Under the pieces are notes generated by a model. The model worked only from the letters and a program-made list of their open reading frames with translations. It did no database searches and was not told where the DNA came from. The position numbers were made by a program, and so were the translations under genes. A stretch of 64,000 nt of DNA from a virus. This document shows positions 26,663-36,788 of the stretch, piece after piece (position 1 is the first letter of the stretch; the number at the start of each line of letters is the position of its first letter). The DNA lies in the IMG/VR virus record IMGVR_UViG_3300008050_000001, positions 4,615 through 68,614 of that record; one strand, given 5' to 3'.

Positions 26663-27659
26663 AATACCAACAACCTTTACCGTCGCACAAATTATTCTTT
26701 CTATACCAAACCGGCGACGGGTAGCGTTTGTATTTCAGTAGCGACTTAACTGCTTTTCGGGTCACGCTTGCCTTGTAGTCAGACCAGTTCAATGTAGATA
26801 TGAATGAGCAAATCTCATCCTCGATAAATTGCGTTTGTTCGGCCGTTAAGTCCTCAGGGTCAGCATACCACCTAAGGGTAGCCGCCATGTGTTGGCCGAG
26901 CGCAACACGCACATGATGAGGGGGATTAGACACCCGTATAGCCCTCTCTAAGCAGGTAGGGAGGGGAACACTACCCTGAGAGGGTTCGAGGTCGTCAGGG
27001 AGCGTTGTAGAGGCTTCTGTGGGTGCTTCAAACAAATGTTTGTTATCCCTACACCACTTGGTAAGACTGATTCTCTCAGCCAATGGAACCCCATTAAAAG
27101 GATTAAGATTACTCAGGTTTGGGTCAGGTAATTTTGGTATCTTGTAGCCGAAGGGGTCTTGAGAAAACGCTCTTGCGTCAATTGTGACCGCCCACCTACC
27201 CCTTTTGGGGTTATATGTATCGGGAACTCTTGCTAACTTCTCAGGATAACCTACGCCATCTAAGGACACTAAACCTTCGGCCATCTTCTTTTCATAAGCA
27301 TCTAACTTCGTAGCCCAAGCCCTACCAATTACTGGCTTATCAAAGAATTGGTGAACATGGAATCCTCTTCCCGTAGCAACGGCCCTAACATCTCCATCCA
27401 AACGATTTATCAAATTAGCAACATCACTTTTCACTTGGTCCATAGTTAGATTATTTGTAATATCAAAATCCCACCAAGCCCTATCCATAATTGCTGAATC
27501 ATAATCTACCTTTCTATCGTCAAGCAGGTTATCAAACGCATACAGACTGGTGTATGTGGATGATAGGTTTCTAAGCCTGTTGATATATTGGTTGAAATCG
27601 TTTTCTGTAAGGCACAAGGCTCTCTTCAATCCTATTTGTCGGGGAAAAGATAGCAACAT
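26652..27659 (-). CDS. priS: Archaeo-eukaryotic primase: PriS catalytic domain fused to PriL-CTD-like domain
   Basis: WWDFD, TGRGFHVH, RVPDTYN; C-terminal PTCL..PPHHVR...C..C..C. Confidence 0.85.
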   Translation of the reverse strand: MLLSFPRQIGLKRALCLTENDFNQYINRLRNLSSTYTSLYAFDNLLDDRKVDYDSAIMDRAWWDFDITNNLTMDQVKSDVANLINRLDGDVRAVATGRGFHVHQFFDKPVIGRAWATKLDAYEKKMAEGLVSLDGVGYPEKLARVPDTYNPKRGRWAVTIDARAFSQDPFGYKIPKLPDPNLSNLNPFNGVPLAERISLTKWCRDNKHLFEAPTEASTTLPDDLEPSQGSVPLPTCLERAIRVSNPPHHVRVALGQHMAATLRWYADPEDLTAEQTQFIEDEICSFISTLNWSDYKASVTRKAVKSLLKYKRYPSPVWYRKNNLCDGKGCWYCGN

Positions 27660-27661
27660 GA

Positions 27662-27820
27662 TTAGACCACCCTTGTTTCTATTACGCCTTCATGCCCGCA
27701 AATAGAACATCTAGCCGTGATAACTTCTAAAGTTGGGTTATCTTCTTGTCCGGTCACTTGAACATACGATTGTATGTTCTCAAAATCTGCTGAGTCGCAT
27801 TCTTCACATTGTATCGTCAA
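27662..27820 (-). CDS. Zinc-ribbon protein resembling the TFS/TFIIS C-terminal domain (not in ORF track)
   Basis: TTG start after GGTG; MTIQCEECDSADFENIQSYVQVTGQEDNPTLEVITARCSICGHEGVIETRVV*. Confidence 0.65.
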   Translation of the reverse strand: MTIQCEECDSADFENIQSYVQVTGQEDNPTLEVITARCSICGHEGVIETRVV

Positions 27821-28688
27821 AGGTCACACCTGCTATTTCTTCTTCACAGGACATATTGAAAGAACACCATTGAGGGCATCTCCAATCATCCCAATTCATC
27901 TCCCATTCGTGGTTCCTGATGCGCTCAAGAAAAGCCTCGAAGCGGGATTCAAAGGATGATACACTTCTCTTATTAACTTTTTCTACCAAAGTAATGCCGG
28001 CTTCCTTGCCTACCCAAACAGTCTTGCTTTTCTTCGATAGGAGAGATTGTAATAATTTTGAATCTGTTGCGTCGGGAAGAACATAGATAAATCGAGTTGC
28101 TAACTCCCCATCCATGTCGTTGAGAACCATCCTATAGAAGCACAATTCCTTTCTAGTCTTGGAGATTTTACTTTGGTTGCTATTCCCTGTTTTCAATTCG
28201 AGTATTGCTAAAGTTCCATCTTCGTGCCTAACTACACCATCAATCATACCTGTGATAACAATATCATATTTTTCGTTGTAATAGATACGCTTCTTTTCTG
28301 CTTCTACTGGGGGGAAATGTTCGATACCCCATTCTTCTAATCTTCGTTGCTCTAATTGTGCTAATGTTTCAAACACTTCATCCTCAGGGAATAAGGGTAT
28401 TAAGTGGTGTTGACCATCCCATGTTTCGTAGAAATCTTCTAACCCTTGATGAACATAGGTTCCCCTTACCATTGCGTCGCTTGGCGGCATTCTTAGGTCC
28501 TTTAGTATCACCTTATCCCAATAGTATTGACGAGGGCAATACTCGTAATTCATAAATGATGACTTAGATACTCTTAGGACCTTACCCTCGTCTGTGGGGT
28601 CATAGGAAGATAACTCAGACAACTGCTCGTCTGTTGCACATTTCATACAAATCCCAGTATCGGGATGAATAACACAATCACAAGGCAT
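27804..28688 (-). CDS. Cas4/RecB-like PD-(D/E)xK exonuclease with Fe-S cysteines
   Basis: YCPRQY, RGTYVH, GMIDG, ELKTG and CPQWCSFNMSC. Confidence 0.85.
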   Translation of the reverse strand: MPCDCVIHPDTGICMKCATDEQLSELSSYDPTDEGKVLRVSKSSFMNYEYCPRQYYWDKVILKDLRMPPSDAMVRGTYVHQGLEDFYETWDGQHHLIPLFPEDEVFETLAQLEQRRLEEWGIEHFPPVEAEKKRIYYNEKYDIVITGMIDGVVRHEDGTLAILELKTGNSNQSKISKTRKELCFYRMVLNDMDGELATRFIYVLPDATDSKLLQSLLSKKSKTVWVGKEAGITLVEKVNKRSVSSFESRFEAFLERIRNHEWEMNWDDWRCPQWCSFNMSCEEEIAGVTFDDTM

Positions 28689-28769
28689 TTGGATTCCTCT
28701 TACACGGATTGCATATATTTTTTTCTCTCGCGTATAGAACTACCGAACAGATAGAACATAACCTATCGG

Positions 28770-29054
28770 TCATTCTTCCTCTTCCTTCTCATCTATATTC
28801 TTACCACAGAACCTACATTGTAATGTATCAACTTCCATACCCTCTATCAGAGGGATATTGTTCAAAGAACCGCAATTAACACAATTTGCTTGCCTTAATT
28901 TTCCTCTCTCCTTTAGGTCGTGTAGTAATAAGGTAGATACGATATTACACTCGGCAAGGACTACCTGTATTCCTCTATGTAGGTTTTCAATTTGGCTTTG
29001 TATATCAGCAACATCGTTGCTAAGTTCTCTTGTTGTTTTTCTTCTACTCATCAC
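28770..29054 (-). CDS. Coiled-coil plus zinc-ribbon protein
   Basis: CVNCG...CRFCG. Confidence 0.65.
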   Translation of the reverse strand: MMSRRKTTRELSNDVADIQSQIENLHRGIQVVLAECNIVSTLLLHDLKERGKLRQANCVNCGSLNNIPLIEGMEVDTLQCRFCGKNIDEKEEEE

Positions 29055-29349
29055 AATCTCTCCATTCGTATGTCCTATACATCGAAGTGTTCCCAGTAAT
29101 ACCCTTTACCTTAACATGACCAACTGGTTGTATGAATCTACTTCTGCTGAACTTACCTGATAAAGTGGCGGCACAACAACGCATCCTCTTCGCGTAGTAG
29201 ACATTCTCTCTTAGCCAACTTTCTGCTTCTACAGAAGTAAACGGCTTATGGTTTCTTTCTTCCCACATTTGGCGAATCCATTTCAAGGCCCACCATCTTT
29301 CCATTCTGCCTTCCAATCTCTTCATAACCCTATCACCATGCTTGTTCAT
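29044..29349 (-). CDS. Small basic winged-helix-like protein (start may be 29325)
   Basis: PFTSVEA...TLSGKFSRSRFIQPVG...RTYEW. Confidence 0.55.
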   Translation of the reverse strand: MNKHGDRVMKRLEGRMERWWALKWIRQMWEERNHKPFTSVEAESWLRENVYYAKRMRCCAATLSGKFSRSRFIQPVGHVKVKGITGNTSMYRTYEWRDCDE

Positions 29350-31583
29350 ATAAACCCAACAGTTGGTAATCTATGTAGGGCATTGTATATTGGTTGTATA
29401 TCCCACTCAGCCAATTCGTAAAAGGGTTCTATCTTCTTTACTACGAACCTCTCTAAAATATGGTAATGCCCCACAGTAGCAAAGCCCTCTACATCATTTG
29501 GTTCATTAAAAGCAATGTATTTTCCGTTGCTATCTAAGGTCAATAAGAAGGTGCTTCCTTGGCGATAACCCTTACCGAGATTATCATTAGCCCACTTAGC
29601 ACCTGCTGACGCACCCGACAAAACCTTGTATCTACTCAGGTCCTTTTTGAGTTCCGTTTTCATACACAATTCTTCTATAGGATATTTTTCGGCCAACACA
29701 TCTTCGATTATTTCCACTATCTGACGAGTCACATAACCTTGGTCGGAACCTAACAGTATAGATTTAATCACATAGGTTAGCAAGTTCTTGACGAGAGGGA
29801 ACATCTTTGCTTGTTTCAGTTCAATCCCCTTAACATATAGTTCAGTATCATGGGTCTTACCGTCAGACCATTCCACCAAACCGGCATACCTATTCTTCGC
29901 TTTTAGCAACATAGCAGAACACCATTTCTCGAACTCGCACACAATAGGACTCATTGCTTCGTTCAGTTCAGCAGTCAATAGCAACCCTATTTCGGGGTTT
30001 GGAACAACAACAAAGGCAGAATCTGTGTGCGAATACAGGACTTCGTGGCCTCTGTTCTCACATTCTGTTCTTAATCTTTTGAGAGTCATCCGAGATGTGT
30101 ATGTGATAGCCGCCGCTACCTTCGGGTGATAAAGCCCATATTTTGAATCCCCTGCCGCACCATACAAAGAAGCAACCAATGATTTTGTAGCAAATTGTAA
30201 AGCATCATAGCGACTTCTTTCTTCGTCACTTTTAGCAAGCCTAAGTTGTTCTTTGTATTCTTGCCTAAGAGTAGTCATCTTATTCATTTGTCTAAGCAAC
30301 AGACTTGGTTTACCTTGGCTAAAACATACGCCGTTTCCACAATCCTTACCGTTGCTATCTAATGTTTCGTGTCCTATGTTGTGTAAATCAACATTAGAAT
30401 GATACATAGCCTGTATGTCTAGGATAGCAACATTCTCATATACGCCAGCATTGCTAATTTCTATTGATGCTCCATCATAGGGTTCATAGTCGAATTGCGG
30501 TTTGGTTGGTATTCTTAGGTCAAAGTCCTTATCTCTCAGAGCAAGAACAGTTAGAATCTTAGTGATAAATGGGGTGGTTCGTATATCGCAACCAACGATA
30601 TGTTGTATAGCCGTGTAATGTTCTATACAATTATTCAATGAGTTCAATTTAGGCAACAATTTCACATCTTGGATAGCATACGATAGGTATGTTCCAAAGT
30701 CAGAGTAATATGTATCGTGTCCGTCTGCTAACTCTACCTTTGTTTCACCCAAACACTCAGAAGCGACCGTTGCTAACTTCTTATTTGGTAGTTGTCCGTT
30801 CTTCATTACCCATAATCTTGTGAATGATAACATCATATCAACTACATTGATACCACCTATTGGTTGCGCCCACTCACCAAAGGTATACCTAATCCTATTG
30901 ATAGGGGATAGGCTTCTTGGGTCCAACCCGTTTGCTTGGAATCTCTTAATGATTTTTTGAATATCCGCATTAACCACATTCCAACCAGTAATTATGTCGG
31001 GGTCTTGTTTCTTAAGGTGTTTAGCAAATGCCCTTAGCATGGCCTTTTCGTCTTTGAAAGCAATCGCTGGCTTGCTAAGATTGAGTTCTGTTAAACCGTC
31101 AGGGTGATTAAAGCAAGGAAATGTATCATGGTATCCCGCCTCGTAGTCGGGATGAGTAAAGAATACGAAGTAGTCGTTGCTAAAAGTATCATAGACAACC
31201 ATGATTGTTAGTTTCCCCGTATTAACAGACCATTCGCAATCCAAATACCAAGTTCTATGGTTGTAATTGTCGGGTAATAACCCGTTCTCTGCTAACGCTC
31301 TGTTTACATACGGTATGTTTGCTTCCCATGTTTCTAAGTGGGGGAAGGATTGTCTTATCTCATAAATGTCTTCGGGAGTATGGGTATATACCTTAGTTAG
31401 TGATTGACCATAGACCCCCTTATGCCCTGTTTCGTAGCGCAAAACCCCATTGTGTTGTAGGGGAACTGCATTATCTTCTACATAGAAGAATGGTTGGCAG
31501 ATATGTTCCTCTGTTATCCGCTTTCCGTCTTCTTGCCGTCGTCGGATAGTGATTTTATTACGGCCTTTGCGCTCAATTATCAC
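29346..31583 (-). CDS. polB: Family B DNA polymerase
   Basis: Exonuclease motifs YLDCE, ITGWN...D and YAIQDV; polymerase motifs DIQAMYHS, KSLVASLYG, YSHTDS and KNRY. Confidence 0.95.
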   Translation of the reverse strand: MIIERKGRNKITIRRRQEDGKRITEEHICQPFFYVEDNAVPLQHNGVLRYETGHKGVYGQSLTKVYTHTPEDIYEIRQSFPHLETWEANIPYVNRALAENGLLPDNYNHRTWYLDCEWSVNTGKLTIMVVYDTFSNDYFVFFTHPDYEAGYHDTFPCFNHPDGLTELNLSKPAIAFKDEKAMLRAFAKHLKKQDPDIITGWNVVNADIQKIIKRFQANGLDPRSLSPINRIRYTFGEWAQPIGGINVVDMMLSFTRLWVMKNGQLPNKKLATVASECLGETKVELADGHDTYYSDFGTYLSYAIQDVKLLPKLNSLNNCIEHYTAIQHIVGCDIRTTPFITKILTVLALRDKDFDLRIPTKPQFDYEPYDGASIEISNAGVYENVAILDIQAMYHSNVDLHNIGHETLDSNGKDCGNGVCFSQGKPSLLLRQMNKMTTLRQEYKEQLRLAKSDEERSRYDALQFATKSLVASLYGAAGDSKYGLYHPKVAAAITYTSRMTLKRLRTECENRGHEVLYSHTDSAFVVVPNPEIGLLLTAELNEAMSPIVCEFEKWCSAMLLKAKNRYAGLVEWSDGKTHDTELYVKGIELKQAKMFPLVKNLLTYVIKSILLGSDQGYVTRQIVEIIEDVLAEKYPIEELCMKTELKKDLSRYKVLSGASAGAKWANDNLGKGYRQGSTFLLTLDSNGKYIAFNEPNDVEGFATVGHYHILERFVVKKIEPFYELAEWDIQPIYNALHRLPTVGFI

Positions 31584-31893
31584 GCTTCACCCTTCCTCTT
31601 CTTCTCGTTGCTATTCCATGCTTCTTAAGCCATAGATTGATAGTCATTGGAGATACAGCGTATTTGAGAGCAAGGTCTTGCATTGTTTTTCCTTGTTCCT
31701 CATATAGTGAACGAAGAGTATCGGCATCCCTATACCCCCTATCTCTATTGTCTTGTGCGTGGCCGGATATGTTGACTACGAAGGTAGTTCCGCATGAACA
31801 TAGGATAAGATGACTAGATGCACCAACGCCGCACGATATGTCGTATCGCATATCCTTATTACAAGCACTACATCTAAACCTCAACTGGAACAC
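31573..31893 (-). CDS. Zinc ribbon plus HTH DNA-binding protein
   Basis: CSAC...CSCG; LRSLYEEQGKTMQDLALKYAVSPMTINLWLKKHGI. Confidence 0.75.
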   Translation of the reverse strand: MFQLRFRCSACNKDMRYDISCGVGASSHLILCSCGTTFVVNISGHAQDNRDRGYRDADTLRSLYEEQGKTMQDLALKYAVSPMTINLWLKKHGIATRRRGRVKRDN

Positions 31894-32713
31894 CTACCTG
31901 TAATACCAAAGCATCACCATCACTAAACACTAACACATAATTACCTCCATAATCCCTCATGTCGTAGATATACAACCTAATGTCCTCCCCAAAGACGGGA
32001 AGTAGGTTTTCTAAACCACCACCGAACCTAAAGGGTTCCGTTGGTGGATGGTGGGCATGAACAATAGTAGAAGTCTGTCCTTTCAGCGCATTACCAGTCC
32101 TAATGATAGTGCAACCCGCTTGTTCTTGCATACTACAACTTGACTCGTTTTGCCCGTTCAAGTTAGCAACCGACAAAGCATCAACCAACACATCTCTTTT
32201 CAGATTGATAATACATACGGGGCTGTGCTTCTTTCCCTTGGTATCGGTGTAGATAGCCATATTCATATCAAACCGGCTTGCTATTCCGATTGCATCTTGG
32301 TTTTGTTTTATGATTGAATTACGAGAAGAAGGGTAAGCCTTTGCTAAAGGTGAAGACATGAATGTTGTCTGCCTTTTGTTTGAGTAAATTAGCAATTTAC
32401 CATTAGGTTTGTGTGATAGGTATACAATATCACCGTGTGTTTTCAAAGCCCCTATTACATCATTCAGGTTGGGAATACACAATTCGCATTCAACTGCCGG
32501 TTCCTCCAAAGCAATTGGTATATTATGCACACTTGTTATTCCGTCTTTGACTCCGCTCACAATGTTAGCAATCTCCGGCCCGACCTTAATGATACAAGCA
32601 TAGCATTGCGGTTGCTTTGTGCCGCCAACAAATGTTATCCTTCTTGCGGCCTTTAGAGCATCTTGGAGAGCCTTATTCCTAAACGCAACATCATTGTTTT
32701 TTCTTCCGCTCAT
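31874..32713 (-). CDS. Putative PCNA-like sliding clamp
   Basis: About 280 aa alpha/beta pattern in the replisome block with PolB and RFC; divergent. Confidence 0.55.
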   Translation of the reverse strand: MSGRKNNDVAFRNKALQDALKAARRITFVGGTKQPQCYACIIKVGPEIANIVSGVKDGITSVHNIPIALEEPAVECELCIPNLNDVIGALKTHGDIVYLSHKPNGKLLIYSNKRQTTFMSSPLAKAYPSSRNSIIKQNQDAIGIASRFDMNMAIYTDTKGKKHSPVCIINLKRDVLVDALSVANLNGQNESSCSMQEQAGCTIIRTGNALKGQTSTIVHAHHPPTEPFRFGGGLENLLPVFGEDIRLYIYDMRDYGGNYVLVFSDGDALVLQVGVPVEV

Positions 32714-33008
32714 ATATACCTCTCTCCCTATCGCCATATAAACCCCTATACTGTGGTTTTATCTCGTATAGGTTTCTTTGAGAGTTAGTCTTTGCGCGAA
32801 TCACCTTGACTTCTTTCATTCTCGACACTATCGCACCGACCTTAACGGCCGATATGTTAGCAGACCGCCGAGAGTTCCTATTGATTTTGGGGTCACGGTG
32901 CTTTTTGATTATATCAACTATCGTTCTCGCGGGGATTGGTTTATCCACGGTAGAAAGAGCAGTAATTATCCATCGTTTTACGAAATAATTACGCCTCGTC
33001 ATTAGCAT
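32691..33008 (-). CDS. Small basic winged-helix-like protein
   Basis: KPIPARTIVDII...SAVKVGAIVSRMKEV...RNLYEI. Confidence 0.6.
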   Translation of the reverse strand: MLMTRRNYFVKRWIITALSTVDKPIPARTIVDIIKKHRDPKINRNSRRSANISAVKVGAIVSRMKEVKVIRAKTNSQRNLYEIKPQYRGLYGDRERGIYERKKKQ

Positions 33009-33957
33009 CCTCTTCCTTCTTGCCGTTGCCCCAATGCAAGAAAGGAAGCCCATACCATGTGACCTGACCATCATTTACAGTAAGCACATCATGTGTTGTG
33101 CCTAGGTATTCTTGATGAAGACCCTTCATTTCACTAACGGTTGCTCTAACAACCCACTCGTTGCTATTTAGGCTCTTATCAGACCTAACCCCTGCCGCTA
33201 AGTCGCCCTTTTTGCTATATCGAGTAAGCCATATCTGTTGAGAAAACAACCTCTTTGTTCCGTTCTCCCATTCGGGGGCTTCACCAACCTTAGTCAACCC
33301 CTTTTGGCCGTTCCCAATATCCATGTATTCCTTTACATCTTTCAGATGGAAGGTATAGCCAACGAAGGGAACTTGAAGTTGATGCGCTCGGTTGATAACA
33401 TCACGGAACAGTTGGTTTCTTGTTCGCCACTCCTTCTGATTGAAAGCATCCCCCTCTTGCTCTATGACTCCCCTTCTGAGAAGAACCTCAGTCATACTGA
33501 ACTCACACCACTTGAGGAAGGTCGAGCAACCATCTATGATTACTGCCCCTACATCTCCCTTTCTGCTCTGTTCACCTAAGATACGCATGAACCAACTCAT
33601 CTTATCAACCAAAGCAACCCAATTAGTTGAGTTATCTTCGTTGAAGATGGAGGCATCAGCCGCATCATAGATGGGGATGACCTTTATTCGGTTGTTATTT
33701 GGGTAGTTCACCATAACAGTCTGCGACGCGCTATTATCAATATCCAAAATGATAATGTCCTTGTCGGTATTGTTGAGAGCCATATCAATTAGCAACCCTG
33801 TTTTGGCGGTGTTTTCTTTACCAACCGCCGCTATTCTAACTGGGAATTGATTGACCTTTGATTCAGTCAGTAGACCAGTATAGTATTCCTTGTTGTAGGT
33901 AGTCCTTTCTTCAATAGGCTTCTCCGTAGAGGAAGGAACGGCTTGACCCCAAGACAT
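32989..33957 (-). CDS. RecA-superfamily ATPase (AAA_24/Sak4/RadB-like)
   Basis: Walker A GKENTAKT and Walker B VIIDG; adjacent to the SSB-like gene. Confidence 0.7.
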   Translation of the reverse strand: MSWGQAVPSSTEKPIEERTTYNKEYYTGLLTESKVNQFPVRIAAVGKENTAKTGLLIDMALNNTDKDIIILDIDNSASQTVMVNYPNNNRIKVIPIYDAADASIFNEDNSTNWVALVDKMSWFMRILGEQSRKGDVGAVIIDGCSTFLKWCEFSMTEVLLRRGVIEQEGDAFNQKEWRTRNQLFRDVINRAHQLQVPFVGYTFHLKDVKEYMDIGNGQKGLTKVGEAPEWENGTKRLFSQQIWLTRYSKKGDLAAGVRSDKSLNSNEWVVRATVSEMKGLHQEYLGTTHDVLTVNDGQVTWYGLPFLHWGNGKKEEDANDEA

Positions 33958-35180
33958 TACTCCCACCCCTCTACTTCATCGGAGGCCCCTTCGGTTGCCT
34001 CTTCCAATGGAACTTCGGCCGGCTTTAGATTATCCATAACACACCAACCTGTAATACTCATTCTACCGTCACCATCTCTACCCATCCATGCTTGACCGAC
34101 GGCCATAACAGTTGAGCCTACCCCAAAGTCAATGTATTTTTCCTGTGACTTTGGTATCCAAAGGTCAATAGGCATAGATAGACTGGTGTAATCCAAATCA
34201 CCCAAAGTCACTACAAACCCTCCGTTATCCTGAGGGTCAATGTGTAGAACCTCTAAGCGAACTGCACACAAAGCATCCCACTTTTCCTTTTCACCGAGAG
34301 AACCAACATACTCTTCTATCGAGTCAAGACCCTCAAGAGGGGTGACTCCTAAGTCTAATAGGTTCCATTCGTGGGGAGGGGAACCAAACATGGTTGCTAC
34401 TTCGTGGTCATCAGTCCATGTGCTAAGGTCAGCCTTTAGGTAAAGTCTGTCGTTGTTAGCGTTTGCCTTACCTGCGATAAACCCTGTAGTTAGTGTTGGG
34501 AAGGAAGCCCTACTCAACTTACCACTTGCATAGACCTTCATTAGAGAAGGCTCATTATCTGTTCCCTTCTTCCTTCCTAAGAATGTTGATACTCTTTCAG
34601 GTTCTGAAAGCGGCCTTGGTTGACCGTATTTGTAATTAGCATTCCCATTAGGGAATGTAGGCATGGTGTTATTCCATACGCAAGAGAACAGGGTTCCATC
34701 GTTCAAAGTCATGGTGTGCTTAGGTAAATTAGCAACTGTAGATTGGGCTGTCTGCCCTGCTTCAAAGGGCAACTTAGCAACGAGGCTAGGGTTCGCAAGG
34801 CGCGTATACCCACCATCACCCATACGGGTGTAAAGAATCACCTGTCCGTTAGCAACTAAGTTCTCCCTACCGCCGGCATCCAAACCATTGAGTATTCCCG
34901 CAGTCTTATTGTAGGCCATTTCAGCAAAGTCCTTTGCTCTCGGCACACTCAAGAATACTCCTTCATACTCTTCAAGTCCACTTCTCGACAGGGCCATTGA
35001 CCTCTTCCTTACTGTGGAAGAAGCCATCCTCAAACACAAAGTGTTTGCTTCCTCGTCGGTCTTACCTGCCGCAAGGAAATTAGCATGGTGGTCAATCTTG
35101 ACCGCTTCATGCGCTTTCATCAGTTCTTCACTTGTGCAACCTATGTTGGCCGCAATCTTCTCAATCATTCCATCTAACAT
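33957..35180 (-). CDS. Putative OB-fold ssDNA-binding protein (RPA-like)
   Basis: C-terminal OB pattern (VTLGD..IDLW..FGVGSTVMAVG) and an acidic tail. Confidence 0.6.
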   Translation of the reverse strand: MLDGMIEKIAANIGCTSEELMKAHEAVKIDHHANFLAAGKTDEEANTLCLRMASSTVRKRSMALSRSGLEEYEGVFLSVPRAKDFAEMAYNKTAGILNGLDAGGRENLVANGQVILYTRMGDGGYTRLANPSLVAKLPFEAGQTAQSTVANLPKHTMTLNDGTLFSCVWNNTMPTFPNGNANYKYGQPRPLSEPERVSTFLGRKKGTDNEPSLMKVYASGKLSRASFPTLTTGFIAGKANANNDRLYLKADLSTWTDDHEVATMFGSPPHEWNLLDLGVTPLEGLDSIEEYVGSLGEKEKWDALCAVRLEVLHIDPQDNGGFVVTLGDLDYTSLSMPIDLWIPKSQEKYIDFGVGSTVMAVGQAWMGRDGDGRMSITGWCVMDNLKPAEVPLEEATEGASDEVEGWE

Positions 35181-35185
35181 CTATC

Positions 35186-36139
35186 TCACCTATCTGTTGT
35201 AATCTGTCCTAAATCCCATCTCCCTATAAACCCCCTACAAAGCATCGTGCAAAAAGCCCACTTCACTATATCCTCTTGAACGCCATTGATACAATCACGC
35301 TCACAAATGATAGCGGCTTCTACAACCTTCATCTTGGATTCAGGAGTTGCGTCGGAAGAAATAGCAAACGAGAATACTTCTCGGATAACCTTCCGTGTGT
35401 CGTAAGGACTTAGCAACCTAACTGCTGACTCAATGTCCTTATCTCGGAAACACATTCTCAGAAACAATTTGTAATCTAATTGTGAATCCCCCATTGCTAA
35501 AGTGAATCTATCTCTATCATCTACATGAACACAAGACATAGCCTGTAGTGCGTTTATAGCACTCCGTAAATCTCCTGTATGTGCTTTAGCAATCCTGTTG
35601 ATACATATTATGTGCTTCTCGTCAATAGGTATACCCTCGTCTGTTGCTATTTCTAGTAGTGTCGATACCATCCAATCTATGGGGATGGGTCGGAACCTCT
35701 TTACCGAACATCTCGATTGTATCCAAGGTGATAACTTGCTAATATCATTACAAGTCAAAATGAACACACCATCTGCATTCTCTATTACACCTTTTAGTGC
35801 GGATTGGGCGGCGGTTGTTAATTGGTCTGCCTCGTCTAAGAGATAGACAGTCTTCGCGCCCACATTGCACAAAGGGATGATTTCTTCTTCAATGAACTCA
35901 ATACCTCTCATCTTCTTTGTTGAAGCATTGAACTCATGTATAGGCCACCCTATTTCTTTAGCAAATGCTCTCGCAACTGTGGTCTTCCCTGTTCCGGCCT
36001 GTGGGCTGTAGAAAATATAGTGTTGGGGGGATACTTCGCCTTCTACTACTGATTGTAGTTCTGCTATAATTGCATCTTGCCCTGCTACATTCTCAAGATA
36101 AGAAGGGCGGTATTTTTCCGACCATACTGTTTTCAACAT
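35186..36139 (-). CDS. rfcS: Replication factor C small subunit (clamp loader)
   Basis: WSEKYRP, GTGKTT, FNAS, LDEAD, QSRC and GDLRSAIN. Confidence 0.95.
   Translation of the reverse strand: MLKTVWSEKYRPSYLENVAGQDAIIAELQSVVEGEVSPQHYIFYSPQAGTGKTTVARAFAKEIGWPIHEFNASTKKMRGIEFIEEEIIPLCNVGAKTVYLLDEADQLTTAAQSALKGVIENADGVFILTCNDISKLSPWIQSRCSVKRFRPIPIDWMVSTLLEIATDEGIPIDEKHIICINRIAKAHTGDLRSAINALQAMSCVHVDDRDRFTLAMGDSQLDYKLFLRMCFRDKDIESAVRLLSPYDTRKVIREVFSFAISSDATPESKMKVVEAAIICERDCINGVQEDIVKWAFCTMLCRGFIGRWDLGQITTDR
35220..35233 (-). promoter_or_regulatory. TATA-box promoter GGGTTTATAGGGAG
   Basis: Identical 14-mer at 36775-36788 and 43835-43848; upstream of the SSB-like gene. Confidence 0.7.
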
Positions 36140-36754
36140 TCACTCAACCTTCTTGATTTCTACTTGGTTATTTAGCAACCAATCAGTAGTCCATCTTTGA
36201 AGGGCCTCTTGGTCACTAAGGCTACTATCTAACGCTAATGTGTGGTGTGGTAGCATACTCTCTGCTATTGTTAGGTTATCGGGGTCAAGTGCATTTTCGC
36301 TTGGATGCTCTAATGCGGCCTCCGAAGCACCACGACGAAGAAGGGTTTGCGTATCACATACGAGTCTAACGATAAATCCGCCATTTTTGATAATATACTC
36401 TACTTCGTTTGGGTAGCGCACATCATCAATGAATATCACCTTCTTATCAGAGAAGTTCTTTCTAACATCTTTAGAAAGTTGTTCTACCCAATAATCCTTG
36501 CTGATTAGCACTCTTTTACCATGACCAAACGCCTGTAAGATAGGTCGTATTGTTCCTTTGTCGGCGGCTTCTTGGGCCATAAGGTGTGCGTGGGGGTCTG
36601 TGGTGTGACCGAAGAAGGCTTCGGCAACTTCCTTTCTAACATATTGTGCAAAAGATAGAACTGTGCTGTTGTTATTGTAGGCTAAGACATTAGCAAGAGT
36701 GGATTTACCGCTTCGCATCTTTCCTGTTATTCCAATAATTACTGGTGTCGTCAT
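36140..36754 (-). CDS. Deoxynucleoside monophosphate kinase
   Basis: GITGKMRSGKST, SFA, RPILQAFG, IDDVRYPNE and HPSE. Confidence 0.85.
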   Translation of the reverse strand: MTTPVIIGITGKMRSGKSTLANVLAYNNNSTVLSFAQYVRKEVAEAFFGHTTDPHAHLMAQEAADKGTIRPILQAFGHGKRVLISKDYWVEQLSKDVRKNFSDKKVIFIDDVRYPNEVEYIIKNGGFIVRLVCDTQTLLRRGASEAALEHPSENALDPDNLTIAESMLPHHTLALDSSLSDQEALQRWTTDWLLNNQVEIKKVE

Positions 36755-36774
36755 ACCTCTAAGGGGGATAGTTG

Positions 36775-36788
36775 CTCCCTATAAACCC
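36775..36788 (-). promoter_or_regulatory. TATA-box promoter GGGTTTATAGGGAG
   Basis: About 25 nt upstream of the dNMP kinase ATG (leaderless spacing). Confidence 0.75.
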
